DNA of 24,000 nt from Candidatus Limnocylindrales bacterium (GTDB taxonomy: Bacteria; Chloroflexota; Limnocylindria; Limnocylindrales; CSP1-4): NCBI GenBank assembly GCA_036002525.1, contig DASYTG010000030.1, positions 44,737 to 68,736 of the forward strand, given 5' to 3'. How positions within the stretch are numbered: position 1 is the first letter of the stretch; every line of letters begins with the position of its first letter. The notes under the pieces are model-generated. The model saw nothing but the letters and a program-made list of their open reading frames with translations, ran no database searches and had not been told where the DNA came from. Below, piece by piece: positions 1-6,459 of this stretch. Made by a program: the position numbers and the translations under genes.

Positions 1-179
1 GTCCGGCCGAACCTGGCGTGGGAGGCACGGTCCTCCTCGCCGATGTACGCCTCGAGCTCGACGATCCGCCCTGCCCGGACCCCATGGGCGGCGTCGGCGT
101 CACGGACGAGGCGGGCGCCGAGGAGGGCGCGCGCGGCTTCGAGGGTCGGCCTGGCGAGGCGCTCCCGATCGACGACCGT
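1..179 (-). CDS. mpg: DNA-3-methyladenine glycosylase (Mpg/AAG family), N-terminal part; runs off the window's left edge
   Basis: Hand translation of the minus strand gives [59 protein letters not shown]. This matches the family N-terminus (LLG..LV ... GRIVETEAY..D.ASHA). It is absent from the ORF track because no ATG/GTG/TTG lies in frame after the cvpA stop, so the 5' boundary is uncertain. Confidence 0.6.
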
Positions 180-203
180 GGCCGGGCGGGTTGGGTCCCG
201 ACC

Positions 204-794
204 TCAGTCGGTGCCCGTGTAGATGCTGCGCAGGTCGCTCGGGATGAGCGGGCCGGTGATCGCCATGAAGCCCGGGATCAGCGTCGAGCGGAAGAGCTCC
301 GCCGTCGCCGAGCCGTCGTAGGCCATGTACAGCTCACGGAGGAACGGCAGCTCGGTGGGCTGGGGGGCGATGCCCGGGATCCGGAAGAAGCTGTCGAGGA
401 TGACGATCACCGCGCCGAGCAGGACCACGCCCTGGACGACGCCGAGCAGGCCGCCGAGAAGCTCGTCGATGATCGAGTACTTCGGGAACAGCGGCGTCTT
501 CGTGTAGAACGCCTGGATGACCAGCGAGAACGCGAGGCTGGCAGCTACGAAGACCGTCCCGAACCCAACCATCCGGGAATACTCGGCCGGGAACTGGGAC
601 CAGTTCGTGGCGAGGAAGTCGCCCAGCGGGCCGCGCAGGTTGGCGGCGAGGAAGAACGAGAAGAGGAGCGACGCGATCCCGAGAAGCCGTCGAATCGTGC
701 CCTGGATGAACCCGAGGATGAACAGGGCGGCAAGAATGAGGATGACGAGCAGATCGAACGGATCGATCGACCTGATGAACTCGGCGATTTCCAC
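204..794 (-). CDS. cvpA: CvpA-family integral membrane protein (colicin V production protein family)
   Basis: Part of ORF 204..956(-). Four hydrophobic helices and a CvpA-like N-terminus (IDPFDLLVILILAALFILGFIQG). I place the start at the GTG at 794, preceded by GAGGGA; the upstream 54 codons are Arg/Pro-rich non-coding-looking sequence. Confidence 0.75.
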   Translation of the reverse strand: MEIAEFIRSIDPFDLLVILILAALFILGFIQGTIRRLLGIASLLFSFFLAANLRGPLGDFLATNWSQFPAEYSRMVGFGTVFVAASLAFSLVIQAFYTKTPLFPKYSIIDELLGGLLGVVQGVVLLGAVIVILDSFFRIPGIAPQPTELPFLRELYMAYDGSATAELFRSTLIPGFMAITGPLIPSDLRSIYTGTD

Positions 795-868
795 AGGTTT
801 CCCTCGTTGACTGTGAGCCCTGCGGTCCCGCGGGAGGCTCCCGGTCGCCCGGCTGCGAGGCCCGGGCA

Positions 869-898
869 AGGTTAGCAGCGGCCAATCGGCGCTCGCAA
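869..898 (-). promoter_or_regulatory. Candidate sigma70-type promoter for cvpA (-35 TTGCGA, 18 nt spacer, -10 TAACCT)
   Basis: Read on the minus strand in the 198 nt gap between the pheT stop and the cvpA start. Sequence match only. Confidence 0.3.
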
Positions 899-992
899 GG
901 CAACCGAAGGTCCCGGCCGCGGATGATTGCGGAGTGCCATGGTGGGGTTCGCCCACGGATTGGGCGGATCGCGTGCCGGGGGTCGGCTTCGG

Positions 993-3491
993 TCAGGTCC
1001 GGAGGCGTGCCCCGAGGTCGCGCTCGAGTCCGGCGGCGATCGTCGCCGAGACGGCGTCGACCTCGGCCTCGGTGAGAGTCCGGTCCGCGGCCTGGAACGT
1101 CAGGCGGTGAGCGAGGCTCTTCTCGTCCGCCGCGAGCGGCGCACCGCGATAGACGTCGAACAGGGTGACGCTCCGGAGGAGCTCGCCGCCGTGTGCCCGG
1201 ATCGAAGCCGCGACCTCGGCCGCCGGCCGGTCCTCCGCCACGACGACCGCGAGGTCCCGCTCGATGGCCGGGAAGCGGTCAGGCGGGACGCTCCGAACGG
1301 TGGGCAGGCGACCGGCCCCGAGGCCGGCGACGGACAGCTCCGCGACGACGACCCGGTCCGTCCGGACCTCGCTGGCCGCGAGGACCTCGGGGTGGAGCTC
1401 GCCGACGATCCCGGCCAGGCGGTCGCCGGCCGACACCCGCGCAGTCCGCCCCGGATGGAAGAGCGGCTCGCCGGCCTCCCGCGCCCAGGACGCCTCGGCC
1501 GTTCCGAGACGGCGAGCGAGCAGCTCGACGATGCCCTTCGCATCGTCGACGTCGAAGGGGCGGGCGGGCCGGTTCCAGGCCGGAGGCTCGGCAGGGCCCG
1601 TCAGCGCGAAGCCGAGACGCCACCACTCGGACGGGCGGTCGCCGCGCCGGCCGTAGCCCTTCCCGACCTCGAAGGCCGCGACAGCGTCCCGGCCGTGGCG
1701 GAGGTTCGCCGCGACGACGTCGAGGAGACTGCCGATGAGGCCCGGGCGAAGCACCGAGTGGTCGCGCGACAGGGGATTCGTCACTGCGACGGGCTCCCCG
1801 GCCGGCTCCGGCTCGTCGTCGACCGACGGCACCACGGTCCGCAGGCGGAAAGTCTCGGCATGCCCCGGGGATACGAGTGCGTACGTCACCACCTCGGTCA
1901 GACCGGCCCCGACGAGGGTCTCCCGGACGGCGTCGCGGACTTCGAGGGGCGAGGCGCGCCATGGCGGCGTCGGGGTGTGGGGCAGGATCCCCGGAACGCG
2001 CTCGTAGCCGTGGACGCGGGCGATCTCCTCGGCGACGTCCGCCTCGATCGCGATGTCGCGTCGCCAGCTCGGGACGAGCGCGCTGACCGCCTCGCCGGCC
2101 GCCGGCTCGACGCGGACGGGCTTCGGTTCGAGGGCGACGGTCACGAGCTCGCCCGGCGGGGCCGCCTCCGTTCCGACGCCCACCCGGGCCAGGAGCTCGC
2201 GCTGTTCGTCGATCCGGAGGCTCGTGCCGAGCAACCGGTTGACGCGCTGAGGGCGGAACGCGACAACGCGGTTGGGAGGCTCGACCGGGGCGCTGTCGAC
2301 GCGGCCGCGCGCCACGGTGCCCCCGGCCCACTCGCGGATGAGCCGCGCTGTCCTGTCGGCGCCGACCCGTGCGAGCGGGACCTCCTGGCCCTTCTCGAAC
2401 CGCAGGCTCGCCTCGGACCGGAGGCCGTACCGCTGACCGGTCCGGCGGATCGAGACCGGGTCGAAGATCGCCGACTCGACGACGACGTCCTTCGTCCCGT
2501 CCCCGACCTCCGATGTCGCGCCGCCCATGATCCCGGCGATCCCGAGCGGACCCTTCGTGTCGGCGATGAGGAGCGTCTCGGGGTCGAGCGTCCGGTCGAC
2601 GTGATCGAGCGTCTCGAGCCGCTCGCCCTTCTTCGCCCGGCGGACGACGATCCGGGCCCGGCCGTCCCTGTCGCGAACGATCGCCGCCGCGTCGAAGGCG
2701 TGGATCGGCTTGCCGAGCTCGAGCATGACGTAGTTCGTGGCGTCGACGACGTTGCTGACCGGGCGCATGCCGGCCGCGAGCAGGCGCATCTGGACCGCGT
2801 CGGGCGAGGGGCCCACCCGGACACCGCTCACCCAGCGGCCGACGAATCGTGGCGCCAGGTCCGGATCCTTCACCTCGACGGCGAGGAGCTCGTCGACCGG
2901 CTGGCGGCCCTCGTCCGGATCGGTCTCCGGCCAGTGCAGAGAGGCCCCGGTCGCCGCCGCGACCTCGCGGCTGAGGCCGACGAGGCTGAGCGCGTCGCCC
3001 CGGTTCGGCTTGACGTCGACGTCGAGGATCGCGTCCCCGTAGAGCTCGGCCAGCGGCCGCCCGAGCTTGGCGTCGCCCGGCAGGATGAGGATTCCTTCTG
3101 CGTCGTTCGTCAGGCCCAGCTCTTCGCCCGAGCAGAGCATCCCGTTCGAGACCACGCCCATCTTCTCGGTGCGGTCGATCCGCCGGCCGCCCGGCAGCAC
3201 GGCCCCGGGCAGCGCCACCGGGACTCGCTGGCCCGGTGCGATGTTCGTCGCGCCGCACACGATCGACAACGGCTCGCCGCTGCCGGTCGTGACCGTCGTG
3301 AGCGACAGGCGGTCGGCCCGTGGGTGCGGCTCGACCGTCAGCAGCTCCCCGACGACGACGTTCCGCCAATCTTCTCCCCAGCGCTCGATCCGCTGGACCT
3401 CCATGCCGAGCAGCGTCAGCCGCTCGGCAAGCTCCTCCGGCGTGAGGTCGACGTCGACGTAGTCCCTCAACCAGGCAAGCGGCACTCTCAT
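993..3491 (-). CDS. pheT: Phenylalanine--tRNA ligase beta subunit
   Basis: ORF 993..3680(-). From the internal Met, MRVPLAWLRDYVDVDLTPEELAERLTLLGMEVQRIE is the canonical PheT N-terminus; B3/4, B5 and C-terminal FDX-ACB-like regions are recognisable. It starts 13 nt after the pheS stop. Confidence 0.93.
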   Translation of the reverse strand: MRVPLAWLRDYVDVDLTPEELAERLTLLGMEVQRIERWGEDWRNVVVGELLTVEPHPRADRLSLTTVTTGSGEPLSIVCGATNIAPGQRVPVALPGAVLPGGRRIDRTEKMGVVSNGMLCSGEELGLTNDAEGILILPGDAKLGRPLAELYGDAILDVDVKPNRGDALSLVGLSREVAAATGASLHWPETDPDEGRQPVDELLAVEVKDPDLAPRFVGRWVSGVRVGPSPDAVQMRLLAAGMRPVSNVVDATNYVMLELGKPIHAFDAAAIVRDRDGRARIVVRRAKKGERLETLDHVDRTLDPETLLIADTKGPLGIAGIMGGATSEVGDGTKDVVVESAIFDPVSIRRTGQRYGLRSEASLRFEKGQEVPLARVGADRTARLIREWAGGTVARGRVDSAPVEPPNRVVAFRPQRVNRLLGTSLRIDEQRELLARVGVGTEAAPPGELVTVALEPKPVRVEPAAGEAVSALVPSWRRDIAIEADVAEEIARVHGYERVPGILPHTPTPPWRASPLEVRDAVRETLVGAGLTEVVTYALVSPGHAETFRLRTVVPSVDDEPEPAGEPVAVTNPLSRDHSVLRPGLIGSLLDVVAANLRHGRDAVAAFEVGKGYGRRGDRPSEWWRLGFALTGPAEPPAWNRPARPFDVDDAKGIVELLARRLGTAEASWAREAGEPLFHPGRTARVSAGDRLAGIVGELHPEVLAASEVRTDRVVVAELSVAGLGAGRLPTVRSVPPDRFPAIERDLAVVVAEDRPAAEVAASIRAHGGELLRSVTLFDVYRGAPLAADEKSLAHRLTFQAADRTLTEAEVDAVSATIAAGLERDLGARLRT

Positions 3492-3504
3492 GCCGACGTC
3501 GCTC

Positions 3505-4545
3505 TCACTGGAACTGCTCGAGGAAGCGAAGGTCGTTCTCGAGGTACAGCCGCAGGTCGCCCACGGAGTGCTTGAGGTTGGCGATCCGCTCGACTCCCAT
3601 CCCGAAGGCGAAGCCCTGATAGCGCTCCGGATCCAGTCCGCCGTACTCGAGCACCACCGGGTGGACCATCCCGGCCCCAAGGATCGTCATCCAGCCGCTC
3701 CGCTTGCAGGCCGGGCAGCCACTGCCGCCGCACACGAGGCACTCGACGTCGAACGCCACCGACGGCTCGGTGAACGGGTAGTACCCGGGCCGGAAGCGGG
3801 TCCGCTTGTCCGACCCGTAGACCGCGTGGGCGAACTGCTCGAGCAGGCCCTTGAGGTCGGCGAGGGTCGTCCCCTCGTCGACCATGAGGCCCTCGACCTG
3901 GAAGAACTCGGAGTTGCGGTCCGCGGCGACGTTCTCGTAGCGGTAGCAGCGCCCCGGCAGCAATGCCCGGATCGGTGGCGGTGTCGACCGCATCACGTGG
4001 ATCTGGCCGGGGGATGTGTGGGTGCGCAGGAGCCGGCCCTCGACGTCGAGATACAGGGTGTCCCACAGGTCGCGCGCCGGGTGATCCGGCGGGATGTTGA
4101 GCATCTGGAAGTTCGTCGCGTCGTCCTCGATCTCGGGGCCCTCGTAGACCTGGAACCCGAACTGGCCGAAGACGTCGGCGATCTGGTCGACCGTCGCGGG
4201 GATGGGGTGGTACGTGCCCCGTCGGATCGGGCGGCCCGGGGTTGTGACGTCGACGCTCTCCGCTCCGAGCCTCGCGGCCAGCTCGCCGCCGCGCAGCGTC
4301 GACCGGCGCTCTCCCAGTGCGCCCTCGATGCCGGACCGGACGACGTTCGCCACCGCGCCGACCCGCGGCCGGTCCTCCGCCGGCAGGCTGCCGATGCCCC
4401 GCAGGATCGTCGTGAGCCGGCCCTTGCGGCCGAGGACGTCGAGCTCGATCGCGTCGAGGCCCGCGACGTCGGGGGCGGCCGCGATCGCGGCGAGCGCCTC
4501 GTCGCGCAACGCCTCGAGGTCGCGGGTTAACTGGGTCAGATCCAC
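3505..4545 (-). CDS. pheS: Phenylalanine--tRNA ligase alpha subunit
   Basis: ORF 3505..4545(-), GTG start. Class II motifs are present (RTHTSPGQIHVM, FRPGYYPFTEPS, GFAFGMGVERIA). GAGGA lies upstream of the start. Confidence 0.95.
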   Translation of the reverse strand: MDLTQLTRDLEALRDEALAAIAAAPDVAGLDAIELDVLGRKGRLTTILRGIGSLPAEDRPRVGAVANVVRSGIEGALGERRSTLRGGELAARLGAESVDVTTPGRPIRRGTYHPIPATVDQIADVFGQFGFQVYEGPEIEDDATNFQMLNIPPDHPARDLWDTLYLDVEGRLLRTHTSPGQIHVMRSTPPPIRALLPGRCYRYENVAADRNSEFFQVEGLMVDEGTTLADLKGLLEQFAHAVYGSDKRTRFRPGYYPFTEPSVAFDVECLVCGGSGCPACKRSGWMTILGAGMVHPVVLEYGGLDPERYQGFAFGMGVERIANLKHSVGDLRLYLENDLRFLEQFQ

Positions 4546-4556
4546 AGCGAGTCCTC

Positions 4557-4589
4557 GGGCCGATGCGCTCCGGAGCGCGCCCTCGGCCC
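4557..4589 (-). promoter_or_regulatory. Strong GC hairpin between rplT and pheS (possible attenuator, processing or stabiliser element)
   Basis: GGGCCGA/UCGGCCC outer stem enclosing the perfect palindrome GCGCUCCGGAGCGC. It sits immediately 5' of the pheS SD GAGGA. There is no U-tract, so it is not a canonical terminator. Confidence 0.3.
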
Positions 4590-4627
4590 TTGGAGAGCGG
4601 TTGCCGCCGGTCGGTGAAGTTGCCGAC

Positions 4628-4978
4628 TCAGGCGGACTTCACGACCTCGACGATCCTGCCAAACGCGGCGCTGTCTCGCACGGCGATGTCGGCGAGCATC
4701 TTGCGGTCGAGGGCGATGTCTGCCTTCTTCAGGCCGGCCACGAATCGGCCGTACGTCAGGCCGTGCTGGCGGGCCGCGGCGTTGATCCGGATCACCCACA
4801 GCTCGCGCATCTGGCGCTTGCGCTGCTTGCGGTCGCGGGTTGCGTAGGCGAGGGCGTGGAGGAGCGCCTCGCGGGCCGGCTTGACCAGGCGCGAGCGGGT
4901 CCCCTTCCGGCCCTCGGACGCGGTGTGGAGCCGCTTGTGTCGGCGATGGGCGGCGACGCCGCGCTTGACTCGTGCCAT
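4628..4978 (-). CDS. rplT: 50S ribosomal protein L20
   Basis: ORF 4628..4978(-): [18 protein letters not shown]...[21 protein letters not shown] is typical L20. Confidence 0.97.
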   Translation of the reverse strand: MARVKRGVAAHRRHKRLHTASEGRKGTRSRLVKPAREALLHALAYATRDRKQRKRQMRELWVIRINAAARQHGLTYGRFVAGLKKADIALDRKMLADIAVRDSAAFGRIVEVVKSA

Positions 4979-4981
4979 GAC

Positions 4982-5191
4982 CTACTTGTGCTCCCCGAGG
5001 TACGGCAGGAGGCGGCGGACCTGCTTCGCGTGCTGCTTGCCGATGACGGTCTTGCCGGCGTAGCGCCGCGTCCGGCGCGATGACTTGATCTCGAGGTGGT
5101 GCCCGCGCCACGCATTGACCCGGATCACCTTGCCGCTGCCGGTGATCCCGATCCGCTTCGCTGCAGCCTTGTGGGTCTTGATCTTGGGCAC
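4982..5191 (-). CDS. rpmI: 50S ribosomal protein L35
   Basis: ORF 4982..5191(-): (M)PKIKTHKAAAKRIGITGSGKV...; GTG start; AGGAGAG SD overlaps the infC stop. Confidence 0.95.
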   Translation of the reverse strand: MPKIKTHKAAAKRIGITGSGKVIRVNAWRGHHLEIKSSRRTRRYAGKTVIGKQHAKQVRRLLPYLGEHK

Positions 5192-5198
5192 CCTTGCC

Positions 5199-6077
5199 TC
5201 ACTCTCCTGTCGTCGCCGACGCGCCCGCCGGCTTGCTCGCCGCTCGCCTCGCCGGAGCCTGGCGTTTCGGCTCGGCCGCGGGCTTGGCGGCCGCGGCGGC
5301 CTGCGGTCGGGTCGCGACCGGCTTCGCGGCCGCCTTCGGTTCCTTCGGTTGTTTAGTTTCTGTCGCTTGCTCGGCTCGTGTCGCTTCTGTCGCCACCGGC
5401 TTCGTCGGCTCCCCGTCCGGTCCGGGTTCGGCCGGCGCCGGTTGGGCCGGTCGCGCGGCCGCCGGTGCGGGTGCCTGCGTGCTCGCCGGCGTTGGCTCGC
5501 CGGCTGGCCTCGCTGGCTTTGGCTCGCCGGCTGGTCTCGCCGAAACCGGCTCCTGCCCCTTCGGCTTGTGGGTCGAGGCGACCGTGAGGTGCATCGACTT
5601 TCCTTCGAGCAGCGGGGCCCGCTCGACGACGCCGTGTTCCTTGATCCGGTCGGTGAACCTCGTGAGCATCGCCCGCCCGAGCTCCGGGTGGGTCAGCTCC
5701 CGTCCGCGGAACCGGACGGTCACCTTGATCCGATCGCCGTCCTCGAGGAACTCGATCGCCCGGTGGACTTTCGTATCGAAGTCGCCCTGGCCGATCTTCG
5801 GCGTGAGGCGGACCTCCTTGAACGTCACCGCGCGCTGCCGGCGCTTGGCCTCCTTCTCTCGCTTCGTCAGCTCGTATTTGTACTGCCCGAAGTCGAGGAA
5901 CCGGACCACCGGCGGGGCGGCCATCGGGGCGACCTCGACGAGGTCGTACCCTCGCTCCTGCGCCATCTCGAGGGCCCGTGGCGTGGGCATCACGCCCAGC
6001 TGATTGCCCTCTTCGTCGACCACCCGAACCTGTGGGATCCGGATCATCTGATTGATGCGCAGGTCTCGACTGATGAT
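5199..6077 (-). CDS. infC: Translation initiation factor IF-3 with a long C-terminal low-complexity extension; proposed non-AUG (ATC) start
   Basis: ORF 5199..6209(-). The IF-3 core runs IISRDLRINQMIRIPQVRVVDEEGNQLGV...PPVVRFLDFGQYKYE...VTVRFRGRELTHPELG. The aligned family N-terminus falls on ATC ATC at 6077/6074, with AAGGGG just upstream. The in-frame ATG at 6119 is the alternative a gene caller would pick. Confidence 0.85.
   Translation of the reverse strand: MISRDLRINQMIRIPQVRVVDEEGNQLGVMPTPRALEMAQERGYDLVEVAPMAAPPVVRFLDFGQYKYELTKREKEAKRRQRAVTFKEVRLTPKIGQGDFDTKVHRAIEFLEDGDRIKVTVRFRGRELTHPELGRAMLTRFTDRIKEHGVVERAPLLEGKSMHLTVASTHKPKGQEPVSARPAGEPKPARPAGEPTPASTQAPAPAAARPAQPAPAEPGPDGEPTKPVATEATRAEQATETKQPKEPKAAAKPVATRPQAAAAAKPAAEPKRQAPARRAASKPAGASATTGE
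5494..5540 (-). repeat. 27-nt (9-aa) tandem repeat inside the IF-3 tail (PARPAGEPK / PARPAGEPT)
   Basis: GGCTCGCCGGCTGG(C/T)CTCGC occurs at 5494..5513 and 5521..5540 on the plus strand, with a partial third copy just upstream. Confidence 0.6.
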
Positions 6078-6158
6078 GTACCCCTTCGTTCCGGTGCCTG
6101 GCGGCGATCCGACCGACATTCCCGGGCACGCAGCGGCCCGACTGCGGTCGGCCGCGGG

Positions 6159-6188
6159 AGGATAGCACAGGGCCGAAATCCGGGGCAA
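6159..6188 (-). promoter_or_regulatory. Candidate promoter for infC-rpmI-rplT (-35 TTGCCC, 18 nt spacer, extended -10 TGC-TATCCT)
   Basis: Read on the minus strand about 80 nt upstream of the proposed infC start. Sequence match only. Confidence 0.35.
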
Positions 6189-6189
6189 T

Positions 6190-6459
6190 CGAGGCGCCTG
6201 ATCCCCCACCCGCCCCCCTCAACCCCTCATACGCTCCCCTCCGGAGCGTTAGCCCCTGACCGAGGCCGGGCCGGGCCGGTGGCCGCTCATTGCTCCCCGT
6301 GGGGGCGTAATCCGCCGGATGTCTTCCGACGGCGAGGCCTGCCGCATGTCCTTGTGGATCCGAAGGCCCCGAAACTGGAGCCCGAACCGAATCCCATTCA
6401 TGCGCGGAGGATTACGACCGGCGCGTATCCGTCCCTCTACCGTGGGCCTGGCGCGTCGG
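6190..6459 (-). ncRNA. Structured RNA region of unknown class (thrS 3'UTR, infC operon leader or independent sRNA)
   Basis: Locally lower GC. Nested helices on the minus-strand RNA: 6405-6416 pairs with 6306-6317, 6387-6394 with 6356-6363, and 6377-6383 with 6364-6370. A 7-bp hairpin at 6231-6249 has a GGAGG loop. Four G.U pairs would be A.C mismatches on the plus strand, which favours a minus-strand transcript. Confidence 0.4.

Noticed and set aside
3481-3541. While hand-indexing the printed line 3481-3540, the pheT ATG and pheS stop appeared 1 nt left of the ORF-track coordinates, which could hint at an indel at the pheS/pheT junction.
   Set aside because: The ORF track computed from the sequence shows both genes intact and in frame, and coordinates agree again by 3573. 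This is most likely my own indexing slip, so ORF-track coordinates were used.
927-3575. 882-aa plus-strand ORF, and similar very long ORFs: 5085..6758(+), 9195..10961(-), 15797..17653(+), 20496..22166(+), 21682..23622(-), 1279..3369(-).
   Set aside because: All are Arg/Pro/Gly/Asp-rich with no recognisable motifs. All lie antisense or out of frame to genes with clear family signatures. They are typical shadow ORFs of very GC-rich DNA.
6195-6260. The plus strand is C-rich (CCCCCACCCGCCCCCCUCAACCCCU, hairpin with CCUCC loop), reminiscent of actinobacterial 6C-type C-rich-loop sRNAs.
   Set aside because: I see no flanking plus-strand promoter or terminator. The neighbouring helices contain G.U pairs that only work on the minus strand. 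It remains a possibility to test rather than a call.
6249-6401. 50-aa ORF MNGIRFGLQFRGLRIHKDMRQASPSEDIRRITPPRGAMSGHRPGPASVRG inside the thrS-infC spacer.
   Set aside because: It is preceded by CCUCC (anti-SD-like) rather than an SD. It has many A/T-ending codons, unlike real genes here. Its sequence coincides with the paired helices, so an RNA-structure explanation is preferred.
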